Shown: positions 11,862-21,919 of the stretch, piece after piece
How the letters are laid out: every line of letters begins with the position of its first letter
Numbering within the stretch: the first letter of the stretch is position 1
Assembly (NCBI GenBank): GCA_038823825.1
Contig: JAWBCC010000006.1
Span: 2,811 to 34,810 of the forward strand
Direction of reading: 5' to 3'
Length of the DNA stretch: 32,000 nucleotides
From: Candidatus Hadarchaeales archaeon
GTDB taxonomy: Archaea > Hadarchaeota > Hadarchaeia > Hadarchaeales > Hadarchaeaceae
Program-made: the position numbers and the translations under genes
The notes under the pieces: model-generated
Told to the model about the DNA's origin: nothing
The model's input: only the letters and a program-made list of their open reading frames with translations
The model's database searches: none

Positions 11862-12170
11862 TTGGCATACATACTTGCAAGCAAGCTCAGATCAATACCA
11901 GTGATATCTGACCGGGGACTCCAAGTTGGAAAGGTGATCGACCTTTCTTTTGATGAAACAAGCGGAAAGATAATTTCACTCATCGTTAAACCTGTAAGTA
12001 GCGAGGCCTTTACCAACTTTCCGAAAAACGAGGATGGGACCATCTCGCTTCCGTTTACCGCTGTTGTGTCAATAAAAGATTTCGTTGTCGTCAGCGAAAA
12101 AGTCATCGGAATTCACCTGATGAAAAGCACACCAGAAAAGCCCGAGTCCTCTTCCCTACCACCCGTATAG
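11862..12170 (+). CDS. PRC-barrel domain protein
   Basis: 102 aa, TTG start; LASKLRSIPVISDRGLQVGKVIDLSFDETSGKIISLIVKP...ISLPFTAVVSIKDFVVVSEKV is a typical PRC-barrel pattern. Confidence 0.8.
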   Translation: MAYILASKLRSIPVISDRGLQVGKVIDLSFDETSGKIISLIVKPVSSEAFTNFPKNEDGTISLPFTAVVSIKDFVVVSEKVIGIHLMKSTPEKPESSSLPPV

Positions 12171-12848
12171 AAGCCTACTCGCAAGAGAGGACGGAAGCGA
12201 TTCCTTCTTCATCAGAGAAATTTCTTCTTCTACGGGATACTTCACGCGCTTTATCTCCACGCGCGGATTCTCTCCTCTGAGATCGAGAACCGCAAATCCT
12301 GCGTTTGGATTTCTGTCTTTAGGATGACCGACGCTTCCCGGATTTATGACGAGTTTACCGAAAAACATCTTGAAGAATTGTAGATGTGTGTGACCAATGA
12401 TCACGATGTCGGCGTCCACATCGGCTAATATTTTTGAAAGACTTTCATTTGGCATCTCGGGGGAGACTCTACCATAGAGAGCATCACTTGGGCTGCCGTG
12501 AACTACCATGATCTTGAAACCGCCAATCTTTGTCTCTATTTTCTTTGGCAAACCTCTCAAAAACTTCATCGTTTCGTCATCGAGCTTTGCTCTCGTCCAT
12601 GCACATGCTGTTTTGAACTCTTCAGAAAGTCTTTCAAAAGAGCCTGTGATGACCGCTAAATCGCAGTCACCAAGCACGCAGGATATTTTTTTCCTTTTCA
12701 CAAGTCTTACAACCTGCTTAGGCCTGACACACATGCCAACGAGATCTCCAGCACAAAAGATTTTCTCCACTCTGGGCATCTCTCTCATCACGGCACGGAA
12801 GGCTGAGAGATTTCCATGCACATCCGCGATCAGACCTATTCTCATCAA
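12156..12848 (-). CDS. Calcineurin-like metallophosphoesterase (YfcE/MJ0936 type)
   Basis: LIADVHGNLSAF, CAGDLVGM, MVVHGSP, IVIIGHTHLQFF, INPGSVGHPKDRNPNAGFAVLD. Confidence 0.9.
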   Translation of the reverse strand: MMRIGLIADVHGNLSAFRAVMREMPRVEKIFCAGDLVGMCVRPKQVVRLVKRKKISCVLGDCDLAVITGSFERLSEEFKTACAWTRAKLDDETMKFLRGLPKKIETKIGGFKIMVVHGSPSDALYGRVSPEMPNESLSKILADVDADIVIIGHTHLQFFKMFFGKLVINPGSVGHPKDRNPNAGFAVLDLRGENPRVEIKRVKYPVEEEISLMKKESLPSSLASRLLYGW

Positions 12849-12869
12849 CCAAAATCGTATCCAGAATCT

Positions 12870-13553
12870 TTAAAGTAAACCTGCGAGAATCGCCTCAATG
12901 ACTTCGATGACACCGTCGCCATCTGGAGAATTCGTTACACCTGTGCATATTCGCTTCACATCATCAGGCGAATCGGCCACGGCGAAGCTCTTTCCAGCAG
13001 TTTTGAGAAGTTCGATGTCGTTCGGACCGTCGGCCACGGCAACTATCTCTTCCAAGGGAATTCCAAGTGATTCTGCGACAGCTCTCAAAGCGTTTCCCTT
13101 GTTGACATGTGGCTCTTTTATATGAATGGCAAACCCAGAATCAACAACAGCAAGATTGAACCCGTGCAAGATCAGAGTTTTTCGAACGTCTTCAACTGAA
13201 ACCGTCCGCTCTATCGCTCCCCCGGCTAACCTGAAAGGAGAGCTCCTCGTTTCAACAACCCCAAGTTCCCTCTTCAAAACCTCAAGAGCTCTGTCAACCT
13301 CCTCTCGTCCCCCCAGCAATCTCATTTTCTTATTTATGAGCAAAACGCCCCCATCCTCGGCTATCAGCGGACCTGAAATTCCGATCATCGTTGCTACGGC
13401 ATCCACAAACGGAAGAACGTTGCCACTCGCCAAGCAAATTTTGAGACCTCTTTCCTCAGCTTTTCTCATCGCCTCGGCTGCTCTAAGGTTCAGTTTTCTT
13501 TGCCTATCCGTTATCGTTCCATCTATGTCTAGGACGAGAAGTCTTGCCGTCAC
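12870..13553 (-). CDS. HAD-superfamily phosphatase, archaeal phosphoglycolate phosphatase type
   Basis: [40 protein letters not shown]; GTG start overlapping the radA stop (GTGA). Confidence 0.87.
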   Translation of the reverse strand: MTARLLVLDIDGTITDRQRKLNLRAAEAMRKAEERGLKICLASGNVLPFVDAVATMIGISGPLIAEDGGVLLINKKMRLLGGREEVDRALEVLKRELGVVETRSSPFRLAGGAIERTVSVEDVRKTLILHGFNLAVVDSGFAIHIKEPHVNKGNALRAVAESLGIPLEEIVAVADGPNDIELLKTAGKSFAVADSPDDVKRICTGVTNSPDGDGVIEVIEAILAGLL

Positions 13554-14500
13554 TCAGTGTCCCTTATTCCATCCTGCGTTATGGCAAAAACCACTTCTCT
13601 TTCTGGCAAACAGGGGCTATCGTATATCCTCGCTATCCTCTTTGGGTTCTTCGATTTTCTGAGGTATATCCTGGTAGTCGCGGCATGAGCTAGAATATGG
13701 CCACCCACTGGTTTGGTCGGGTCTCCAAAAAACATGCTCGGATCAGCCAAAACTTGATTCGTAACATAAACGGCGAGATCAAAGGAATCCGCCAAGTAGT
13801 GGAGATCCATTAGATGTCTGTTCAGCTTCTGTTGTCTCTCAGGCATTTTTTCTCTTCCATGATATTCCGCACGGAAAAGCGAGGTGACGGAATCAACTAC
13901 AACAAGTTTTATGTTTTCCTTCTCCGCAAACTCCTCGATCTTTTTGACCATCACCATTTGCTGATCCGTGCTGTAAACCCTTGCCACCTTTATATTCTTG
14001 AGCACGCTCGTCGGATCCAGACCGACAGCGATCGCCATATCCCTTATCCTTTCCGGCCTGAAGGTGTTTTCAGTATCGATATAAACCGCTTTCCCCCCCA
14101 AACCGCCCATTTCGCGTGGAAGTTGAACATTAACGCAGAGCTGGTGAGCGAGCTGTGTTTTTCCGGATCCAAACTCACCAAATGCCTCCGTCACGGCCTG
14201 CGTCTCCACGCCACCTCCCAAAAGCTCGTCAAGCTTCTTGCTTCCAGTTGTTATCCATCCTATCTTTTCTCTCCTCCTGAGCATATCCTCCCCAGTCATA
14301 AAGTTGTCAAAGCCAAGCACCTCCCTCGCAGCGGATATTATCTTCCGAGCAGTCGCTTCTCCGATTTCCGCGACGGAGATCAGTTCATCGACGGAAACTG
14401 TTGCCAGAGAACGTACACTCGAAAAACCGGCTGTTCTGAGTTTTTCCGCTATTGCAGGCCCGATGCCGGGCAAATCTTCCAACTTGAGATTTTCCCTCAT
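13550..14500 (-). CDS. radA: DNA repair and recombination protein RadA
   Basis: 316 aa; N-terminal HhH ([16 protein letters not shown]), Walker [46 protein letters not shown]. Confidence 0.98.
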   Translation of the reverse strand: MRENLKLEDLPGIGPAIAEKLRTAGFSSVRSLATVSVDELISVAEIGEATARKIISAAREVLGFDNFMTGEDMLRRREKIGWITTGSKKLDELLGGGVETQAVTEAFGEFGSGKTQLAHQLCVNVQLPREMGGLGGKAVYIDTENTFRPERIRDMAIAVGLDPTSVLKNIKVARVYSTDQQMVMVKKIEEFAEKENIKLVVVDSVTSLFRAEYHGREKMPERQQKLNRHLMDLHYLADSFDLAVYVTNQVLADPSMFFGDPTKPVGGHILAHAATTRIYLRKSKNPKRIARIYDSPCLPEREVVFAITQDGIRDTE

Positions 14501-16530
14501 TTCTCTTCCACCTTAAACTCTTCCCTCATCATTTTTATCTTCTGGAGTAGCGCGTCCGCTTCCTTCGTCGGCTCAACTGGAATGATTTCCCTTGCTCGGA
14601 TTTCCAGCATCCCTGAAAACACATCCTGCTTGAGAGTTCCCCGAACCACGATTTCTTTTCCTAACACCTTCTGCACCGCTTCATCCGGAGATTTCACAAT
14701 TTCCTCCAAATTTGAGCCAACCAAACGCTCCACCAGCTCGCCGAAAGTGGCAACTCTTATCACACCGGAACCGTCGTCCAAAAGAAAACCTAGAACCGCT
14801 CTCGGCTTCGGTTCTACCACCCCACAGATTGGACAGAGGTTTCCTTCTTCGGAGGTAATCGTGCGAGAGCATCTCGGGCATACATTGAAATATGGTCGTC
14901 TCGTCAAAATCTGTGCGATTGTGCCTCTTACTTCCACCTTTTCCCCAGGTTGCTGGAGTTCAGATATTTTCTTTCTCTCTTCCACCGGTAGCGCCGCTTC
15001 AACAGAGATTCCTGGCGGGTTGATTTCCATCACAGTCGTTTCACTGGTCTGAATTTCCACACCGTTCTGGAAACCTGGCACGCTGTAAACGTCTATCAGC
15101 CTTATGACATCGTTGACTCTTATATCATTCACTCTCTCCGCCAACTCGCCCCAAAGAGAAACCCTGAGAGACCCAGAATCGTCGGCTATCCTGATTGAAG
15201 CCACCTTGCCAGTTGTTCCATCACTTCGCTGAAACTCTCTCACCGGCGAAACTTCTATAACTTTACCGACGACTTCTAAACATTCCATGTTCGGTTCCAC
15301 TTCCGCGAGCTTCAATCTCACCGGTTTTATGTCTGCAACATCAACAGTGTTGATCTCTACCTTCGTTTCCTTTCCGACGTGGAGCTCTGGAAAGCCGCTT
15401 GGTCCAACCTTTGAATAAGCTTTTCTGACTAAAACCACGTCACCAACCTTGAGCGAATCTGATATCTTTACATTATCGTCCCAAAATGTCAATCTTATCG
15501 TTCCGGTCTCATCCGCTATAACAACACTCTGTATTTTTTTCAATGTGCCATCTTGCATTTTTACCTCGACCGGTCTCTGCTTCCTCTTTACTCTTCCAGC
15601 TATGTTCACGTAGGCCATTGGTCCGATCACGTCTTTTATTTTCAGTAAAGGTGGTGACACGCTCGCTAGCTTCTCACCTTCCGGCGGGTTTACTATAATT
15701 CTCGATCTCTCGTCGATACTCAGCTCTGGGGTTTTGAAAGCACCGGTTTTCACCAGAGCGTTCTCGATCCTTACCACATCCCCCGGATTGCGCTTCTCAA
15801 CTTCGTCTACCATCAAACCCCAAGCAGAAACCCTCACAACGTTTTTTCCGTCCGTGATAAAGAAGGAAACTACCTTTCCCACACTTCCGTCTTCTCTCTC
15901 AAACATTCTCACATCTGTTTTAGAGATAATTTTCCCGACGACATCTACTTCCATTCCTTCTCTGAGCTCCGAAAGGCTTACAGGAGATTCTGGAACCCAT
16001 GGAAGATTTTCAACATCGACATCGGGCGGGTCTAGCTCAAGCGATCCACCAAATCCGAGCGAGAGCTCTGGCTTTCCATCCATTCCCTGTCTGACGTAAC
16101 CATTTCTCAACCTGAGTATCCTACCTCTTCTTATCTCACCATCGAGGAGAGCATTCGCCTTCTCTCCCCAAAGAACTAACCTTACCATTCCCGTTTCATC
16201 GGCCAAGAAAACGCTTCCGATTTGTCCGCGCCTTCCATCCGAATATTCAAATTCTTTAGGAGGCAACACTCTCATGATCCTTCCCACAACCTCAACTTTC
16301 GACATCCCTGGGAGAAGATCCGAAATCTTAAGCTGAACTGGAGCCGGGGTTGACAGCCTGAAGCTAAGACCGTATTCCCTTCCAACCAAAATCGCTGCTG
16401 CCTTCAAGTTTATTATTCCTATATTCTGCTTTGTCTTCCATATTCTATCCAAGACTTCTTCCCTAGTAAGCCCACTCCTTCTGACTATCTCATCAACTAT
16501 CTCATCGAACTCCATCGGCTGTGGATCCAT
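14497..16530 (-). CDS. rpa: Replication factor A / ssDNA-binding protein with tandem OB folds and a zinc finger
   Basis: 677 aa; repeated OB-like blocks ([49 protein letters not shown]) and [24 protein letters not shown] overlap with radA. Confidence 0.93.
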   Translation of the reverse strand: MDPQPMEFDEIVDEIVRRSGLTREEVLDRIWKTKQNIGIINLKAAAILVGREYGLSFRLSTPAPVQLKISDLLPGMSKVEVVGRIMRVLPPKEFEYSDGRRGQIGSVFLADETGMVRLVLWGEKANALLDGEIRRGRILRLRNGYVRQGMDGKPELSLGFGGSLELDPPDVDVENLPWVPESPVSLSELREGMEVDVVGKIISKTDVRMFEREDGSVGKVVSFFITDGKNVVRVSAWGLMVDEVEKRNPGDVVRIENALVKTGAFKTPELSIDERSRIIVNPPEGEKLASVSPPLLKIKDVIGPMAYVNIAGRVKRKQRPVEVKMQDGTLKKIQSVVIADETGTIRLTFWDDNVKISDSLKVGDVVLVRKAYSKVGPSGFPELHVGKETKVEINTVDVADIKPVRLKLAEVEPNMECLEVVGKVIEVSPVREFQRSDGTTGKVASIRIADDSGSLRVSLWGELAERVNDIRVNDVIRLIDVYSVPGFQNGVEIQTSETTVMEINPPGISVEAALPVEERKKISELQQPGEKVEVRGTIAQILTRRPYFNVCPRCSRTITSEEGNLCPICGVVEPKPRAVLGFLLDDGSGVIRVATFGELVERLVGSNLEEIVKSPDEAVQKVLGKEIVVRGTLKQDVFSGMLEIRAREIIPVEPTKEADALLQKIKMMREEFKVEEK

Positions 16531-16597
16531 TATCCTCCCTCGATGAAAACTCCTCCCACGTAAGAAAAACCGATTTTGAAGAGGTGAAGGAATGTAA

Positions 16598-17860
16598 TCA
16601 TCCCTTCTTCAACTCCTCCAAGATTTCCTTTGCTCTATCTACCCTTATCTTCCTCTCCGCAACCATTCTCTCCGCAACGATATCCACGAGTTCCCCTTCT
16701 GCTCCAGCCATCATCGCTATGTTTCTCGCGTGGAGCTTCATGTGCCCTCTCTGTATACCTTCCGTCGCAAGAGCTCTCATAGCCGCAAGGTTATTCGCAA
16801 GTCCTACGGCCGCCATCACCTCTCCCAGTTCCCTCGCGCTTTTAACCCCAAGAATCTTTCTGCAGATTTTCGCCAAAGGATGAACTGCCGTTACTCCTCC
16901 GACTACGCCTACGGCGACGGGGAGCTCCACTTCTCCAAGCAAATCTCCATCGGAAGTTTTCGACCATCTCGAAAGAGGTCTATATCTCCCATCCATGGCA
17001 GCATAAGCGTGAGCTCCTGCCTCCAGCGCCCTAGTGTCGTTTGCCGTCGCCAGAGCAACCGCTATCACCCCATTCATTATTCCCTTGTTGTGTGTTACAC
17101 ATCTGAAGATATCTGAAACAGCGAAAGCGTACGCGTCAAGAATGGCCTCGACAACCTCCTCCCCACCGAGAGCCTCTTTAGCGAAGACCGCTTTGGCCCT
17201 TGCGAGTCTGTAGATGGCTAGATTTGAAACTATTCGAAGCCTCACCTTTCCACCTGTGATTTTTTCGAGAAGCGGAGCAACGGCCTCGCTCATCGTGTTT
17301 ATAACATTTGCTCCCATCGCATCTCTCACGTCAACGAGAAGATGTACAACCACCATCGGACCTCTTTCTGTCTGTATTTCGCGGGCCTCAAGATCAACAG
17401 CTCCCCCTCCGAGTTTCACGAGAACGGGATCCTGCTCGTTGGCTTTCTTGAGAATCTCTTCCTTTGCCGCTCGGATGTCTGCGCAGGCCTTTTTCGGATC
17501 ATTTACGTTTACAAGCTGAATCTGTCCGATCATGACGGGCTGGGTGCTTTCGGTGAAAAATCCCCCCCTCACTCTCGCCATTTTTGCAGCATTCGAAGCC
17601 GCGGCAACAACGGAGGGTTCCTCTATTGCCATCGGAACGAGATAATCTCTTCCATTTATTCTGAAGTTCGTGGCGATGCCTATCGGAAGAGGCATTATAC
17701 CCACGACGTTCTCGATCATTCTGTTTGCTTGATCGAGTGGAAGAAGACCTTCCTTCAAAATTTCTACTTCTTCTTCTGTCAAATCGGCAAACTCTTTCAC
17801 AATTTTCAGTCTTTCTTCCGGTGGCAGCTTGTAAAAACCAGGAAGTTCAGAAGTTTTCAT
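16598..17860 (-). CDS. Hydroxymethylglutaryl-CoA reductase, class II-like
   Basis: The track ORF starts at 18034, but family homology begins at MKTSELPGFYKLPPEERL, ATG at 17860 (420 aa). Motifs: ANRMIENVVGIMPLPIGIATNF, LVDVRDAMGANVINTMSEAVAP, CVTHNKGIMNGVIAVALATANDTRA. Confidence 0.93.
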   Translation of the reverse strand: MKTSELPGFYKLPPEERLKIVKEFADLTEEEVEILKEGLLPLDQANRMIENVVGIMPLPIGIATNFRINGRDYLVPMAIEEPSVVAAASNAAKMARVRGGFFTESTQPVMIGQIQLVNVNDPKKACADIRAAKEEILKKANEQDPVLVKLGGGAVDLEAREIQTERGPMVVVHLLVDVRDAMGANVINTMSEAVAPLLEKITGGKVRLRIVSNLAIYRLARAKAVFAKEALGGEEVVEAILDAYAFAVSDIFRCVTHNKGIMNGVIAVALATANDTRALEAGAHAYAAMDGRYRPLSRWSKTSDGDLLGEVELPVAVGVVGGVTAVHPLAKICRKILGVKSARELGEVMAAVGLANNLAAMRALATEGIQRGHMKLHARNIAMMAGAEGELVDIVAERMVAERKIRVDRAKEILEELKKG

Positions 17861-17884
17861 CAAAGATAATTGCTTCAGTGCAGA

Positions 17885-17898
17885 TTTATAAATTAACA
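17885..17898 (-). promoter_or_regulatory. TATA-like element upstream of HMG-CoA reductase
   Basis: AATTTATAAATCTG on the minus strand about 30 nt before the ATG at 17860; supports the shorter start. Confidence 0.5.
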
Positions 17899-17925
17899 CA
17901 CGGAAGTGCTGAATCGTTACATACA

Positions 17926-18705
17926 TTATGGTGAAATTATCTGCGCTTCTCTCACACTTAAATCGGGCTCGATGATCAACATCTGGCCCAATTCTATTTT
18001 CTCCCATTTTTCTTTGGTTAACTTTTCTGAGCATACCAGCACGGCTTTCTCACCCTTTAATGATTTGCTCCGCAATAGTGCTTTAGTCTCATCCGATGTA
18101 AATTCAAACAAACCTGGCTCGGATGGGTCTCTTTTTAGGAAAAACAGCGAGTAATAATCCTCCGCATATTTTGAATATCTAAACGAGTAAAGGCGTTCTC
18201 CATCAGAGAGCAAAAAGTTCAATCCGCCGTAGCTTTTTTTCGCAACTTCCTCGATGGCTTTCTTTACTCCTTCTTCAAAATCTTCACTTTCTTCGATGCA
18301 TTGCAAAATCCAGTAGAAATAAACCTCTGAATCGGTTTTCCCTTCTATTTCTCTTTTATATTCGGAATTTAAGAGCTGGAGCAAATATTCCCTATCACAA
18401 ACCCCATTATGAGCAAACAGCCAGTTTTTATACGCAAAGGGATGCGAGTTTCTTTTCGATGGTGGAGCTCCCGATCCCTTTCTTACATGAGCAATAATGA
18501 TATGCGACATGACTTCCCTGGATAGTTTGAGAGATTTCTCACTGCGCGCGCGTATTCCTTCTTTGAAAATTTTGGGATGACCGTTTTCATACCATCCAAT
18601 TCCCCATCCGTCGGGATTACTCATTGAAAATTTCTCAACAAATTTTCCTAGCGAAAATTCGATATCCACGGGCTTGCTTGCTATTAATCCCAATAGTCTA
18701 CACAT
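17926..18705 (-). CDS. Stand-alone class II (Ntn) glutamine amidotransferase
   Basis: ATG at 18705 puts the catalytic Cys second (MCRLLGLIASKPV); NPDGWGIGWY, HVRKGSG, NSHPFAYKNWLFAHNG. The track ORF begins 4 codons upstream. Confidence 0.85.
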   Translation of the reverse strand: MCRLLGLIASKPVDIEFSLGKFVEKFSMSNPDGWGIGWYENGHPKIFKEGIRARSEKSLKLSREVMSHIIIAHVRKGSGAPPSKRNSHPFAYKNWLFAHNGVCDREYLLQLLNSEYKREIEGKTDSEVYFYWILQCIEESEDFEEGVKKAIEEVAKKSYGGLNFLLSDGERLYSFRYSKYAEDYYSLFFLKRDPSEPGLFEFTSDETKALLRSKSLKGEKAVLVCSEKLTKEKWEKIELGQMLIIEPDLSVREAQIISP

Positions 18706-18731
18706 TTTTCTTTCCATAAGCTGTTTCGGGC

Positions 18732-18748
18732 GGGAAATTTATAATTTC
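18732..18748. promoter_or_regulatory. Near-symmetrical TATA-like element between the amidotransferase gene and the 18.75-18.93 kb gap
   Basis: gggaaatttataatttc; reads AAATTATAAATTT on the minus strand at leaderless spacing from the amidotransferase start, and ATTTATAAT on plus. Confidence 0.4.
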
Positions 18749-18793
18749 GCCTTGGCCTAGCGTGGGAATTCCACACCCGAGGTAATCGCGGTA

Positions 18794-18925
18794 ATGTTAT
18801 CCGAGATTATGTCGGAGACGCTATTGATCAACACAGAAATCGGCGAGAGATCGTGGATGTTATCTTCGGAGGTTGCAGATACTGAAACACATATTATTTA
18901 TGTTAAGCTTTCAAAAAATGGATAA
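18794..18925 (+). CDS. Possible 43-aa small protein
   Basis: Below the track cut-off: ATG TTA TCC ... TAA = MLSEIMSETLLINTEIGERSWMLSSEVADTETHIIYVKLSKNG*, in an otherwise empty gap downstream of a TATA-like element. No SD seen. Confidence 0.3.
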   Translation: MLSEIMSETLLINTEIGERSWMLSSEVADTETHIIYVKLSKNG

Positions 18926-18928
18926 AAC

Positions 18929-21856
18929 TCAAGAAATCTTCCTCAACAAAAGTCTGACCTTCACCCCGTTAACATCCCAGTCTCTCAAATAACCTTCTTC
19001 AGAAACTTCTCCAATCCTCGAGACCTTGAGATTTCTAATTCTAACTTCTCTCTTTATGTAGTCCTGCTGGGAAACTATCGAGGCAAACTCTCTCTCCTCA
19101 TCAACACCCACCACCGCGTCCACTCTTTCCTCCATCCCGAGATTCATCTCCTTTCTCATCATCTGAAATCTTCTCACGATCTCTCTGGCGAAACCCTCAG
19201 CCTTAAGCTCTTCTGTTATCCGGATGTCCACCCCAACTCTGCCAACTTCGATTTTCTCAACAACAAGTCCCTCCGGGAATGGAATTTCTGGAGAAATCAC
19301 CTCCAGTTCCTTACAGTTGACTTGTTTCTTTAGAATTTCCTCAAGCCCGGAGATATCAACTTCTGTCTGAACGACCACCTTCTTGACTGGCCACCTCAGC
19401 TTCAATCCATTCTCTTGCCTTATCTTCGCCACGGCATCGACAAACTTCCTTACGGTCTCCATCCCCTTCTCCAGCCTCTCGTCTATCAGTCGCTCGTCGA
19501 CCGAAGGCCAAGAAAGCATGTGAACACTCGGAGGAGCTGAAGGAGAAACAGACCTAACGAGATCCGTATAGATAACTTCTACGATGTGTGGAACAAAGGG
19601 AGCGAGAAGCCTTACCAGAGTCTGAAGGGTATGATAAAGCACATAGTACATCGCTTCTTTTCCCGGATCTTCGCCTTCAATCCAAGCTCTTTCCCTCACG
19701 AGCCTGACATACCACCTGCTCAGGTCCTCGACGATGAAGTCGGAGATCCTTCTAGTGGCAACGTGGAGCTCGCACCTTTCCATTGCGGATGTTACATCCC
19801 TAACAAGAGCATTCAGCCTCGATAAGAGCCACTTGTCCTCAACCTGAAACTCAACCTTCCTCTTTCCCGGTTCAAACCTATCAAGAGACATGTAGGTCGT
19901 GGAAAAAACATGGACGTTCCAGAGGATGTTCAGCACTCTTTTCGCTTGCTCAACGCCCTTCCAGCTGAACTTGAGATCCTCCCAAGGCGGATTGACGGAA
20001 AGAACGTATAAACGCAGGGGGTCTGCCCCAAACTTCTCAAGCACTTCTTCTGGCTCTATAACGTTTCCCAGAGATTTCGACATCTTCCTACCGAACTCGT
20101 CAAGAACAAACCCGTGCATGAGAACTCTTCTGTAGGGAACATCGTCGAAAACCGCCACAGACAGAACCTGCTGGCTGTAGAACCACTTAGTCACCTGATC
20201 TTCTCCTTCAACTATGAAATCCCTTTTCCATCCATTCTCGCTTTCAGAAGCCCACGCAGCCACGCCCGAATCAAACCAAACGTCCAGAACATCCGGAATT
20301 CTCCTTGCTCTTCCCCCACACTCGCACTTCAGCTCAATCTTGTCAACAAAAGGCTTGTGAAGGTCTATTTCCGCGGAAATCTCGGAGGCCGCCCTCTTCT
20401 TCAGCTCTTCGATGCTACCGACGACTATCGTTCTTCCGCAGTTTCCGCAAATCCATATCGGAATTGGAATTCCCCAGTATCTCTGTCTGGAAATGCACCA
20501 GTCGCCTACGGATTCGACACCATTGACATACCTCATCTTCACCCAGGATGGAACCCATTCGACGCTCTCATTTTTCTCCAGAATTTCCTTTTTCAGATCT
20601 TTGACGAAGAGAAACCACTGCTCCGTCGCCCTGAATATAAGTGGAGTGTGACATCTCCAGCAGAGTGGGTAAGCGTGAACAATTCTGCCCTTTTTCATAA
20701 GAAGACCTTTTCTTTCCAAATCCCGCAGAATAACCTCATCCGCTTCCTTCACAAAAATTCCCGCATACTTTCCAGCTTCACTCGTGAATTTCCCGTCTGG
20801 GCCAACGGGACTGAAGATCGGAAGGCCGTATTCTTTTCCAATAACATAATCCTCCTCACCGTGACCAGGAGCGGTGTGAACGCATCCCGTTCCTTCCTCA
20901 AGCGTCACGTGGGGGCCGCATATAACACGATGGTGTTTCACAAACTCTTTCTGCCTCGGGACTTCCTCCAAAAGAGGATGCTCATACGGCAAACCCTCGA
21001 GCTCTTTTCCCCTCATCCTTTCCAAAATTTGATATTCTCCGAAACTCAATTCTGCTGCAACTCTATCTAGAAGCCCCTCCGCCAGAATGTAAACATTTTC
21101 ACCAACCTTCACCTTCACGTAGTCAAAGTCGGGATGGACGCAAACCGCTAGGTCGGCCGGAAGCGTCCATGGTGTTGTGGTCCAGATGAGCAAATACTCA
21201 TTCTTCCCTCCCTTCATTTTGAACCTGACGAAAATCGATGGATCTGAAACTTGCTCGTATTCTCCTCTCACCTCATGTTCAGCGAGCGCCGTTTCGCACC
21301 TCGGACACCAGTGAATAACTCTCACATCCTTTCCGATCAAGCCACGCTCATAAGCTTTCTTGAAAGTCCACCAAGCTTTCTCTATGTAGGCATTCTCAAG
21401 GGTCATGTATGGCTTATCCCAGTCCATCCAAACCCCGAGCCTCTTAAACTGCTCCGTCATTATTGAAACATGTTCAATTGCCCACTGCTTACATTTCTTA
21501 ATGAACTCTTCAACCCCGATAACCGTCTCGATATCCTTCTTCGATTTTATCCCAAGGAGTTCCTCAACCTTTACTTCGATCGGAAGACCGTGACAGTCCC
21601 AGCCCGGCTGTCTTGTAACATCAAATCCTCTCATCGTCATAAACCTCAGAATCGCATCCTTGATGATTTTGTTCCACGCAGTTCCGAGGTGAATGGATCC
21701 ACTCGCGTAAGGTGGTCCATCTAAGAAGTTCCAGACTTTCCCACCTTTTCTCGACTCCTTGATCTTGGCGTATATCCCGGCAGAACTCCACCACTCCTGT
21801 ATTTCCTTTTCAAACCTTGCAAAGTCGTAGACCGCATGGGCTGGTTTCATGCTCAC
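18929..21856 (-). CDS. ileS: Isoleucyl-tRNA synthetase
   Basis: 975 aa; HIGH-type motif GPPYASGSIHLGTAWNKIIKD, QPGWDCHGLPIEVKVE, KMSKS motif GRKMSKSLGN. ATG at 21850 is an alternative start. Confidence 0.98.
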   Translation of the reverse strand: MSMKPAHAVYDFARFEKEIQEWWSSAGIYAKIKESRKGGKVWNFLDGPPYASGSIHLGTAWNKIIKDAILRFMTMRGFDVTRQPGWDCHGLPIEVKVEELLGIKSKKDIETVIGVEEFIKKCKQWAIEHVSIMTEQFKRLGVWMDWDKPYMTLENAYIEKAWWTFKKAYERGLIGKDVRVIHWCPRCETALAEHEVRGEYEQVSDPSIFVRFKMKGGKNEYLLIWTTTPWTLPADLAVCVHPDFDYVKVKVGENVYILAEGLLDRVAAELSFGEYQILERMRGKELEGLPYEHPLLEEVPRQKEFVKHHRVICGPHVTLEEGTGCVHTAPGHGEEDYVIGKEYGLPIFSPVGPDGKFTSEAGKYAGIFVKEADEVILRDLERKGLLMKKGRIVHAYPLCWRCHTPLIFRATEQWFLFVKDLKKEILEKNESVEWVPSWVKMRYVNGVESVGDWCISRQRYWGIPIPIWICGNCGRTIVVGSIEELKKRAASEISAEIDLHKPFVDKIELKCECGGRARRIPDVLDVWFDSGVAAWASESENGWKRDFIVEGEDQVTKWFYSQQVLSVAVFDDVPYRRVLMHGFVLDEFGRKMSKSLGNVIEPEEVLEKFGADPLRLYVLSVNPPWEDLKFSWKGVEQAKRVLNILWNVHVFSTTYMSLDRFEPGKRKVEFQVEDKWLLSRLNALVRDVTSAMERCELHVATRRISDFIVEDLSRWYVRLVRERAWIEGEDPGKEAMYYVLYHTLQTLVRLLAPFVPHIVEVIYTDLVRSVSPSAPPSVHMLSWPSVDERLIDERLEKGMETVRKFVDAVAKIRQENGLKLRWPVKKVVVQTEVDISGLEEILKKQVNCKELEVISPEIPFPEGLVVEKIEVGRVGVDIRITEELKAEGFAREIVRRFQMMRKEMNLGMEERVDAVVGVDEEREFASIVSQQDYIKREVRIRNLKVSRIGEVSEEGYLRDWDVNGVKVRLLLRKIS

Positions 21857-21919
21857 ACCTTCCTAAACTCTTCTACCTAACAGTTTTAAGATTGAGCGTG
21901 ATTGTTTTGAATAGGTGAA

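Noticed and set aside
13814-15052. 412-aa plus-strand ORF opposite radA and rpa
   Set aside because: Low-complexity Ser/Phe/Pro-rich translation with no recognisable motif, antisense to two confident genes; a shadow ORF of codon-biased genes.
17861-18034. 58-aa N-terminal extension of HMG-CoA reductase in the track
   Set aside because: It overlaps the downstream end of the amidotransferase gene and has no homology-like character; the ATG at 17860 with a TATA box at suitable distance is more plausible.
20114-21070. 318-aa plus-strand ORF opposite ileS
   Set aside because: Antisense to the core of IleRS, no protein-family features.
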